A stretch of DNA of 32,000 bases from Erysipelotrichaceae bacterium (GTDB taxonomy: Bacteria; Bacillota_I; Bacilli_A; Erysipelotrichales; Coprobacillaceae). The stretch spans positions 30,001 to 62,000 of the forward strand of contig JAQVDW010000007.1 of NCBI GenBank assembly GCA_028698185.1, written 5' to 3'. The position numbers and the translations under genes are program-made. The stretch's first letter is position 1. Each line of letters starts with the position of its first letter. The notes below the pieces were generated by a model that made no database searches, had not been told where the DNA came from, and saw only the letters and a program-made list of their open reading frames with translations. Below, piece by piece: positions 1 through 6,094 of this stretch.

Positions 1-387
1 TCCACTTACTGGAGCCTTGATTTCATTCATGACTTTCATAGCTTCGATGATGCAGACTGTTTGGCCAGCCTCAACCCTTTGATTCAATTTCACAAACGGC
101 TCGCTTTCAGGTGATGCCGCATCGTAATAGATTCCCACTAAAGGTGAAATAACCGGAGTTCCGCTGATGGCTTCATTTTCAGCTTCGACCGGTGCTGGAG
201 TCGGTGCCATTTGAACAGATTGATTGATTGTTTCTGCCTTATTTGCAAAAGCAGGTTCAACTACTTTAACTTCATTAGTTGTAGTTGAACCCCCGCGAGA
301 AACTTTCAATTTAAAATTACCATCTTCATAATCGAAAGATGTAAAAGATGATTGTTCAAATAAATTTAAAAGTTCTTTAACTTCCAT
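1..387 (-). CDS. accB: Biotin carboxyl carrier protein (AccB), first 129 codons; the 3' end runs off the window
   Basis: Hand translation from the ATG at 387 gives MEVKELLNLFEQSSFTSFDYEDGNFKLKV...TVCIIEAMKVMNEIKAPVSG. It carries the biotinyl-lysine motif EAMKVMNEI. The gene starts 2 nt after the acpP stop. Confidence 0.9.
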   Translation of the reverse strand, partial: MEVKELLNLFEQSSFTSFDYEDGNFKLKVSRGGSTTTNEVKVVEPAFANKAETINQSVQMAPTPAPVEAENEAISGTPVISPLVGIYYDAASPESEPFVKLNQRVEAGQTVCIIEAMKVMNEIKAPVSG

Positions 388-389
388 AA

Positions 390-617
390 TTATTCTACAG
401 ATTCAATATATGAAGCGATGTCTTGAACAGTCACGAATCCAGCCACTTTTTCATCAGGTATTTCAATATCGAATTCATCTTCCAAAGCCATTACTAATTC
501 AACTGCGTCTAAAGAATCAGCTTCCAAGTCTTCTTTCAAAGATGCTTCCAAAGTCACTTTGTCTTCGTCACAGTTTAATGTTTCTACTAATACTTCTTTT
601 AATTTTGAAAATTCCAT
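390..617 (-). CDS. acpP: Acyl carrier protein
   Basis: 75-aa acidic protein with the phosphopantetheine-attachment motif LEADSLDAVELV. RBS AAGGAGA lies upstream of the ATG at 617. Confidence 0.9.
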   Translation of the reverse strand: MEFSKLKEVLVETLNCDEDKVTLEASLKEDLEADSLDAVELVMALEDEFDIEIPDEKVAGFVTVQDIASYIESVE

Positions 618-628
618 ATTTTTTCTCC

Positions 629-1159
629 TTAGTTCTTTCTAAAAATAAAATTGATTTGGGTAAGTCTTTCCGTACAAACAACGGCACAACCGATTTTTAA
701 TAAATCCCCCAAGATGAACGGGTAAACACACAGGTTCAAGCTTTCAGCCAAAGAATAGCTAGTCGACAACATGAAGTATTCGACTCCGATGAGATAACAA
801 ACCGCAGTAGCCAGAATGTAGCTTAGCACTTTGAAATACCATGAACTGTTGAATGAAAGAGTGTAACTTATGAGTCCCAACATGATTGGGAAACTGATTA
901 AAAATCCCCCGGTCGGTCCCAACAGATAGGCCAGACCGCCATTCAATGAGGCAAATACCGGCAATCCAATCGCACCCATCAAAAGATACACCAAGCCAAC
1001 GACAACCGATTCTTTGACACGCATCAAAGTAGCGATTACCATTATCATCAGTGTTTGAGCTGTAATTGGAATTGGACCCAGTTTGAACGATATTTGTGAT
1101 GCTAGAATCAATAATCCAACCATGATTCCGACATTCACAACTTGCTTTGTATTCGTCAT
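629..1159 (-). CDS. bioY: Biotin transporter BioY (ECF S-component)
   Basis: Start chosen at internal Met64 of track ORF 629..1348 (MTNTKQVVNVG...), preceded by GAGGAGG. The protein is multi-TM with BioY-like sequence (PIPITAQTL, GLPVFA, GPTGGFL). Confidence 0.8.
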   Translation of the reverse strand: MTNTKQVVNVGIMVGLLILASQISFKLGPIPITAQTLMIMVIATLMRVKESVVVGLVYLLMGAIGLPVFASLNGGLAYLLGPTGGFLISFPIMLGLISYTLSFNSSWYFKVLSYILATAVCYLIGVEYFMLSTSYSLAESLNLCVYPFILGDLLKIGCAVVCTERLTQINFIFRKN

Positions 1160-1177
1160 AAAATCCTCCTCGCAAAT

Positions 1178-1206
1178 ATGATAGCGAATAATTGTTTGAT
1201 TGTCAA
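1178..1206 (-). promoter_or_regulatory. Sigma-A type promoter for bioY-acpP-accB (-35 TTGACA, 17 nt spacer, -10 TATCAT)
   Basis: On the minus strand, TTGACA sits at 1206-1201 and TATCAT at 1183-1178. This is about 20 nt upstream of the bioY RBS. Confidence 0.55.
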
Positions 1207-1209
1207 ACA
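1193..1209. promoter_or_regulatory. 17-bp perfect palindrome TGTTTGA-N3-TCAAACA, a FabT-like operator overlapping the -35
   Basis: 7-bp perfect inverted arms read directly. The core TTTGA-N3-TCAAA resembles the FabT (MarR family) site of streptococci as I recall it. Confidence 0.4.
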
Positions 1210-1268
1210 TTTTTATTTCGACTGCCAAACCATTATTGCCGTTATCCTTTTCCAGTAACGATTTCGTC

Positions 1269-1922
1269 CTAACCCAGCCCCAGTATGTCAAGCAATCCGA
1301 CAAGCTGTTTTTCCTGGATAAAACGGATTTTTTTGGCCGAGGAATCATTGATTTTCAAAGCGGTGTGAATTTTGGTGCCGTAGTCTTGAAATTTCCACTT
1401 TTTGGAATTGTTCGACCCAACGATCAGATAATCGGTTTTCATGGAGACTGCACTTTGGACGCGGCCCTGTTTTTTGGCGATTATCGCCGCAATCTTGCTC
1501 CGGGCCATCATCGTGAATTCCCCCGAAAGGACAAAATTGCCCGAAAGGTCGATTTCCCGATAGCTGCCGATCCATTCAAACCGATTCTTAGCCGATTTGT
1601 CCTGAAAGTAAAAGTATGAGATCCGGCCGCTTCGATCGCGATAGCGCAGCGCCTCCAAAGACAAATCCAGACCACCGAGTCTTTCCAGTCTGGCTTCGAT
1701 GCCTTCTCCAACCAGGATTCCGGACTTGAGCCAGAAGGCGATATCTTCCCGATGGCGATCTGTCAAATCAAAGCTTTTTACGATATGGCCGTCCTGTTTG
1801 AATTCAATCAGACAACCATTTCCATTGGCAATTATCTCCAGTTCGTATTCGGGAATTTCTTCGAGAAAGTAGTCGAGTTCGTCCAGGCCGTATTTCAAGA
1901 CCTGTTTTTGATATTGATCCAT
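1269..1922 (-). CDS. Hypothetical protein: unknown N-terminal domain (about 125 aa) plus a C-terminal BRCT domain
   Basis: 217-aa ORF. The C-terminus GNFVLSGEFTMMARSKIAAIIAKKQGRVQSAVSMKTDYLIVGSN...IRFIQEKQLVGLL follows the LigA BRCT pattern (G.tFVlTG...R......GakV..SVSkKTD.lv.G). A weak RBS (AAGGA) is present. Confidence 0.7.
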   Translation of the reverse strand: MDQYQKQVLKYGLDELDYFLEEIPEYELEIIANGNGCLIEFKQDGHIVKSFDLTDRHREDIAFWLKSGILVGEGIEARLERLGGLDLSLEALRYRDRSGRISYFYFQDKSAKNRFEWIGSYREIDLSGNFVLSGEFTMMARSKIAAIIAKKQGRVQSAVSMKTDYLIVGSNNSKKWKFQDYGTKIHTALKINDSSAKKIRFIQEKQLVGLLDILGLG

Positions 1923-1945
1923 TTTTCACATCCTTCAATTGCGGG

Positions 1946-1974
1946 TTGAGTCTGCCCCTTATTTATTGTACTAT
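1946..1974 (+). promoter_or_regulatory. Possible promoter for the 1993..3255 gene (-35 TTGAGT, 17 nt spacer, -10 TACTAT)
   Basis: Hexamers read in the 70-bp divergent intergenic region. The match is only moderate. Confidence 0.3.
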
Positions 1975-1992
1975 TTTTTTGGAGGGATATAA

Positions 1993-3255
1993 ATGCAAAT
2001 ATACAATATAATCGCAAATAATGAAAAATTCCAGATCGCCTCAAGCTGCACGCTCGAACAGCTCCACTATGCGCTGCTTTATGTGCTCGATCTGGACTAC
2101 TCGAACGACTATTCGTTCATTGACCGCGCCCTAAGCTGGCGCGAACCGGAAACAAAAAATACCCCAATCAGTTTTCTGGGCAATGAGTTTAGCTATCGCA
2201 TCGCAGACCGCGACTTTCAAGTGGCAATTATAAGTGCCAATATTTCTGATACGCTACACCCGACAAGCGGAGATGCCTTACTGACCGCCCGGCTCCACCA
2301 GGACTTCCTGCTTCCGATTAAATGCCTTCCAAGCGACATCTTGGCCATCAAGCGCAAACTGGCGGATCTTCTTGCCATCTTTCCCGACAAGAAGATAATC
2401 AAAGCTGGATCTTGTCTTTATAACTACAGCCACGAAGACGGGGCCTATTGCATCGATGTATTTGCGAATCTTCGCGATCTCAAGCTTTGCAAGGATTCCC
2501 GTGAGGAAGGAGTCTTCAAAAAATCGCTGAGCCTGGTCTACATTCCTGACGAGGACTACTTCGACCTTAGCGAATTCGATTTTGGCACCGTTTATGAAAT
2601 CGAGAACATCGCCAAAATATTACCGGTTGTCAAAGCCGTGCTCAATCTCGAGGAGGATCTGCCCGGGGCCACCACCGATGAGCTGGAACAAGTGATGGAT
2701 TATCATCCGCTTCCAATCGATTTGAAAACCGCCAATGTCAATCCTGGCAAACTGCAGATAACCATTGAAACCGACGAAGACCATAGCCGATTGAACCTGG
2801 TCTATGAAAATATCAGCGACAAAAAAGAACTGGAGTTTCACGGATTTGAACAGCTATGCCACAAGATCCAGGAACTATCGGCCGCCAAAATTGAGCAGAT
2901 CGGAATTGTCAGGGAAATCGAGGTCAATGACCTGAATCTCTACAACATTCTGCTGCCATTGAGCCGGTTCGACATCTCCGTCAATTTCAATGAATTCTCC
3001 CTGGATGACGCCACAAGCAACCCTTTTGAATCAGGGACCTTCAACGGTGCCGGCGCCCAGGAACTGCTAAGCAGGCTGTTAAACAAGTACGGCTACCAGG
3101 GGCTGATACAGAAGATCATGAGTTGCCCCAACGTGAACATGATGGATTTGATGTCTCTGGCTACAAGGTTCAAGAGCCAGGGCCTGGATCCTGACGACAA
3201 AAAAACAAGAGAGCTGCTCGCCACCATTTATGAGGCATTCAAGGAAGACTTATAG
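1993..3255 (+). CDS. Hypothetical 420-aa acidic protein, no recognisable catalytic motif
   Basis: Long ORF with RBS GGAGGG 6 nt upstream of the ATG, followed by a strong terminator. The N-terminus (TLEQLHYALLYVLDLDYSNDYSF) is faintly reminiscent of pRiA4b-ORF3/MM3350-like domains, but I cannot confirm that. Confidence 0.7.
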   Translation: MQIYNIIANNEKFQIASSCTLEQLHYALLYVLDLDYSNDYSFIDRALSWREPETKNTPISFLGNEFSYRIADRDFQVAIISANISDTLHPTSGDALLTARLHQDFLLPIKCLPSDILAIKRKLADLLAIFPDKKIIKAGSCLYNYSHEDGAYCIDVFANLRDLKLCKDSREEGVFKKSLSLVYIPDEDYFDLSEFDFGTVYEIENIAKILPVVKAVLNLEEDLPGATTDELEQVMDYHPLPIDLKTANVNPGKLQITIETDEDHSRLNLVYENISDKKELEFHGFEQLCHKIQELSAAKIEQIGIVREIEVNDLNLYNILLPLSRFDISVNFNEFSLDDATSNPFESGTFNGAGAQELLSRLLNKYGYQGLIQKIMSCPNVNMMDLMSLATRFKSQGLDPDDKKTRELLATIYEAFKEDL

Positions 3256-3286
3256 AAAAAAGAACCCGGATTAGGGTTCTTTTTTT
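3256..3286. terminator. Bidirectional intrinsic terminator
   Basis: AAAAAAGAACCC-ggatta-GGGTTCTTTTTTT: a 7-bp GC-containing stem flanked by an A-run and a T-run. It lies between convergent genes. Confidence 0.85.
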
Positions 3287-4090
3287 CTAGAATTCAAATT
3301 TGTCCAGGAAGTTGGCGATACCTTCTTCATCGTTGGAGTCGGTGATGTAATTTGCCGCCGCGAGAACCTTCTTGGATCCATTGGCCATTGCCACTCCCAC
3401 TCCGGCAGCTTCAATCATCTCAAGATCGTTGTCTCCGTCGCCAAACACCATAATATCGGATACGCGAATTTCATGGGTATGAGCCAGATGCTTCAAGCCA
3501 TTGGCCTTGGAAATGTTTTTGGAAAACACTTCCCACATAATCGAACCCGTATTGACCGCCACGAGTTTTTCATCACTGAACTCCTGCGCCCGCTTCGATA
3601 CAAGATCGAGATATTCCTGTTTGAAGATCACATGGATTTTGGGATGTTCGATTTTGAGCAGTTCTTGATAATCGACGACTTTCACCGGCGTTTGTTCGAT
3701 GATTTCGAATTCCTCATTGAAATCATCATCGAAGGCCACCTTCAGGATTCCTTCATGAGAAATCGCGAAGTTCACCGGCATGTCCTTGAAATGCTCGAGC
3801 ACCTTGAAAAATTCCTTTCCATCAGTGTAGTCGAAAAAATGTTCCTCATCCTTGACATAGTCGACGATATGGGCCCCGTTGATCCCCATCATGATGTCGA
3901 CCAGCCCATCGATGCCCCAGGTCGAATACAAAGGCTCGCAGACATCGACATCTCGTCCCGTAGCCAGACCGAACAGGATGCCCTGCGCCTTGATTTCCTT
4001 TATTTTTGCGATGGTCGCATCGGATACCCTGCCCTGAGATGTAAGCAAAGTTCCGTCCAGATCGCATAATACCATTTTTATTTTGTCCAT
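3287..4090 (-). CDS. Cof-type HAD-IIB family hydrolase (sugar-phosphate phosphatase-like)
   Basis: Start at MDKIKMVLCDLDGTLL (DxDGT motif I), 7 nt after AAGGAGA. Other motifs seen: GLATGR and the C-terminal FGDGDNDLEM. Confidence 0.85.
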   Translation of the reverse strand: MDKIKMVLCDLDGTLLTSQGRVSDATIAKIKEIKAQGILFGLATGRDVDVCEPLYSTWGIDGLVDIMMGINGAHIVDYVKDEEHFFDYTDGKEFFKVLEHFKDMPVNFAISHEGILKVAFDDDFNEEFEIIEQTPVKVVDYQELLKIEHPKIHVIFKQEYLDLVSKRAQEFSDEKLVAVNTGSIMWEVFSKNISKANGLKHLAHTHEIRVSDIMVFGDGDNDLEMIEAAGVGVAMANGSKKVLAAANYITDSNDEEGIANFLDKFEF

Positions 4091-4247
4091 TTTCATTCTC
4101 CTTGAAAACATAATACCAAAATTCCTGGAAAAACGCCGAATTTTTCATATTCATGAAATAATGGAGTATTTCACAACGCAGCGCTTACATTGTAATATTT
4201 TACAGAAATTACTTGTATTCCTGTTCCGCTCATTATATAATAAGAAC

Positions 4248-4339
4248 ATAAAGCGGGTAATGAATCAGCCTTGATGTTCCTCTAAACTATAACATTGCCC
4301 TTACTTTAAAAGAGCGTTTCCCCCAAACGCTCTTTTTTC
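4248..4339 (+). ncRNA. Candidate small RNA of about 90 nt (promoter-to-terminator unit, no ORF)
   Basis: -35 TTGTAT (4213-4218), 17 nt spacer, -10 TATAAT (4236-4241). An 8-bp stem (4255-4262 with 4293-4300) encloses a CU-rich loop UUCCUCU (4277-4283). A terminator hairpin at 4311-4333 is followed by T6. Each element also has an alternative explanation (see findings). Confidence 0.3.
4311..4339. terminator. Intrinsic terminator downstream of tpx, with the stronger T-run on the plus strand
   Basis: AGAGCGTTT-ccccc-AAACGCTCT is followed by TTTTTT on the plus strand and by TTTT in minus sense. Confidence 0.75.
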
Positions 4340-4347
4340 ATGCCTAT

Positions 4348-4860
4348 TTAGTCCTGGAGTTCTTCAAGAACCGCCAGGGCTTTTTGATAATCGGGGTGGT
4401 TCGTCACTTCAGGGACGTACTCGACATATCTTACCGTGTTGGTTTTATCAATGATGACGATCCCTCTTTCAAGCAGCCGGTGTTCCTTGATCAAAAAACC
4501 GTACTTCAAGGCAAAGTCCAAATCGCGGTGATCGGACAAGGTGATGACATTGTCGATCCCTTCGGCTCCGCAAAAGCGCCCCAATGCAAATGGCAGATCG
4601 ACGGAGATCGTGTAGACTACCGTATCTTTGAAATTAACCGCTTCCTCGTTGAAACGGCGGGTCTGGCTTGCACATACCGATGTGTCGATGCTAGGAACAA
4701 CCGATATTATCACGTTCTTGCCTTTGGCATCAGCCAGGCTCACCGGATTCAATTCATTGTCCAAGACCGTAAAGTCCCGGGCCTTTTCCCCTACTTTGAT
4801 TTCATCACCAACCAGGGTAATCGGATTGCCGCCCATGGTCGCTATATTTTTTCTTTCCAT
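4348..4860 (-). CDS. tpx: Thiol peroxidase (atypical 2-Cys peroxiredoxin Tpx)
   Basis: 170 aa with Tpx-like sequence (GNPITLVG, FTVLDNEL, VVPSIDTSVCASQTRRFNEEA, and resolving Cys in FALGRFCGAEG). RBS AAGGAGG. Confidence 0.9.
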   Translation of the reverse strand: MERKNIATMGGNPITLVGDEIKVGEKARDFTVLDNELNPVSLADAKGKNVIISVVPSIDTSVCASQTRRFNEEAVNFKDTVVYTISVDLPFALGRFCGAEGIDNVITLSDHRDLDFALKYGFLIKEHRLLERGIVIIDKTNTVRYVEYVPEVTNHPDYQKALAVLEELQD

Positions 4861-4952
4861 AATAAACCTCCTTGAACAAATTATAGCCCATCCGCATTAT
4901 TTTACAAATTTACTGCTCACTTTTTTTCAATCCATTTTGCGAGTCATAATTA

Positions 4953-4981
4953 AAGACAAAATTCGGCAACTATGGTATCAT
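4953..4981 (+). promoter_or_regulatory. Possible rubredoxin promoter (-35 AAGACA, 17 nt spacer, extended -10 TGGTATCAT)
   Basis: Read directly. The same TGGTATCAT element recurs upstream of several genes in this window. Confidence 0.4.
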
Positions 4982-5012
4982 TAGATTGTATATTTGAGAA
5001 AGGAGAAATTAT

Positions 5013-5177
5013 ATGGCTCAATATGTGTGCGATGTATGCGGATGGATCTACGACGAAGCTGAAGGGGATGTAGATAACGGTTACGCTCCAGGAACAAAAT
5101 GGGAAGATTTGCCTGAGGACTTTGTTTGCCCTTTATGCGGTGTTGGTAAAGATTCTTTCTCTTTGGTAGAAGAATAA
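5013..5177 (+). CDS. Rubredoxin (54 aa; below the ORF-track length cutoff)
   Basis: Hand translation gives [54 protein letters not shown], with two CxxCG knuckles. RBS AAAGGAGAA lies upstream and a terminator follows. Confidence 0.9.
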   Translation: MAQYVCDVCGWIYDEAEGDVDNGYAPGTKWEDLPEDFVCPLCGVGKDSFSLVEE

Positions 5178-5180
5178 TTC

Positions 5181-5213
5181 AAAAAAGCTGTCGGTTGACC
5201 GACAGCTTTTTTT
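5181..5213 (+). terminator. Intrinsic terminator of the rubredoxin gene
   Basis: AGCTGTCGG-ttga-CCGACAGCT followed by TTTTTTT. Confidence 0.85.
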
Positions 5214-5235
5214 GCACAAATATGAATCAATGATT

Positions 5236-5264
5236 AAAAAAAATCCCGGTCTTTCAACCAGGTC
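5236..5264 (-). terminator. Intrinsic terminator after the tRNA pair
   Basis: In minus sense, CCTGGT-tgaaag-ACCGGG (one G-U pair) is followed by a T8 run. Confidence 0.6.
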
Positions 5265-5278
5265 TCTCAAAAGTTAAA

Positions 5279-5354
5279 TGGTGGGGGTTAACGGGCTCGA
5301 ACCGCTGACCCTCTGCTTGTAAGGCAGATGCTCTCCCAACTGAGCTAAACCCCC
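5279..5354 (-). tRNA. tRNA-Val (anticodon UAC)
   Basis: The reverse complement is GGGGGTTTAGCTCAGTTGGGAGAGCATCTGCCTTACAAGCAGAGGGTCAGCGGTTCGAGCCCGTTAACCCCCACCA. It folds as a cloverleaf with anticodon loop CTTACAA, GTTCGAGC in the T-arm, and an encoded CCA. Confidence 0.9.
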
Positions 5355-5364
5355 GAAATTCAAA

Positions 5365-5440
5365 TGGTGACCCGTACGGGATTCGAACCCGTGAATGCAT
5401 GCGTGAAAGGCATGTGAGTTAACCGTTTCTCCAACGGGCC
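5365..5440 (-). tRNA. tRNA-Glu (anticodon UUC)
   Basis: The reverse complement is GGCCCGTTGGAGAAACGGTTAACTCACATGCCTTTCACGCATGCATTCACGGGTTCGAATCCCGTACGGGTCACCA. The anticodon loop is CTTTCAC, the D-stem has 3 bp as is typical of tRNA-Glu, and CCA is encoded. Confidence 0.9.
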
Positions 5441-5472
5441 ATGTTCCATGTTTGTTTTTGTGAAGCCAGTAC

Positions 5473-5501
5473 ATAATAACATCTCAACATGGCTAATGCA
5501 A
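5473..5501 (-). promoter_or_regulatory. Promoter of the tRNA-Glu/tRNA-Val unit (-35 TTGCAT, 17 nt spacer, -10 TATTAT)
   Basis: Hexamers read on the minus strand about 30 nt upstream of the tRNA-Glu 5' end. Confidence 0.6.
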
Positions 5502-5561
5502 GTGTTTTTTTGAAATTTTTTGACTTTTTTCAAGCGTGGCGTTTTAATTATTCGCGCCAAT

Positions 5562-5592
5562 AAAAAGAAAAGGCCCGCAACGATGCAGGCCC
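5562..5592 (-). terminator. Probable terminator after nrdG
   Basis: In minus sense, GGCCTGC-atcgtt-GCGGGCC (one mismatch) is followed by TTTTCTTTTTATT. Confidence 0.45.
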
Positions 5593-5596
5593 CTGA

Positions 5597-6094
5597 TTAA
5601 AGTTCAATGTCCTTGAGTTCGATTATCCTCTGGTTTGAAGAACCGCGGAACTTCAAGGTGATGTCCTTAAGCTCTTCGATAAAAAGACCGTCAACTAGAA
5701 CATCGATGTTTTTTAGAAGTTCTATTGTCGCTTCGGTATGCTTGCGTCCCGCCGGGGAGATCAGGTCGCTTTCGAGGGTATATCCTGTATACACCCAGAT
5801 CGACTTACCAGGCAGTTCTTCTTTGACCCTTTTGATAAAAGGCAGAAGGCCAAGCTGGTTTTCCGGCTCCATCGGTTCGCCTCCAAGCACCGTAAGACCG
5901 GCGATATGGGAAAAATTGAGGCTTGCGATTATCTCATCTTCGACCGCTCTGGTGAATTCGTGGCCGTAATTGAAATCCCAGGTCTCGGGATTGAAGCAGT
6001 TCTTGCAACGATTGCGGCAGCCCGACACAAAAAGAGAAGTGCGGACCCCGGTTCCGTTGGCGACATCATTTTTTTTAATGTTTGCGTAATGCAT
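5597..6094 (-). CDS. nrdG: Anaerobic ribonucleoside-triphosphate reductase activating protein (radical SAM)
   Basis: Start at MHYANIKKNDVANGTGVRTSLFVSGCRNRCKNCFN, which carries the NrdG-type radical-SAM Cys cluster. The ATG overlaps the nrdD stop (TAATG). Confidence 0.9.
   Translation of the reverse strand: MHYANIKKNDVANGTGVRTSLFVSGCRNRCKNCFNPETWDFNYGHEFTRAVEDEIIASLNFSHIAGLTVLGGEPMEPENQLGLLPFIKRVKEELPGKSIWVYTGYTLESDLISPAGRKHTEATIELLKNIDVLVDGLFIEELKDITLKFRGSSNQRIIELKDIEL

Noticed and set aside
1-1200. Apparently lower GC (about 40%) in accB-acpP-bioY than in the rest of the window (mid to high 40s), as a sign of horizontal acquisition
   Set aside because: The estimate comes from hand counts of a few 60-nt lines with large line-to-line scatter (23-52%). 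The region holds small acidic and membrane proteins plus AT-rich intergenic DNA, so this is not robust evidence.
629-1348. Long form of the bioY ORF (239 aa), and overlapping ORFs 759..1175 and 1200..1619
   Set aside because: The first 63 codons run through the promoter and FabT-like palindrome and lack an RBS. The internal Met at 1159 has GAGGAGG upstream and begins the BioY-like sequence.
3473-4069. 198-aa plus-strand ORF antisense to the Cof-type HAD gene
   Set aside because: It lies entirely inside a well-supported minus-strand gene, has no RBS and no recognisable protein features. It is a typical shadow ORF.
4861-5012. PerR- or Rex-type operator in the divergent tpx/rubredoxin region
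   Set aside because: I found no convincing TTATAAT-N-ATTATAA or TTGTGAA-N4-TTCACAA palindrome, only AT-rich fragments such as CATAATTAAAG.
5274-5560. Two 66-aa minus-strand ORFs from the track
   Set aside because: They overlap the tRNA-Val and tRNA-Glu genes and their promoter, so they are artefacts of the tRNA sequence.
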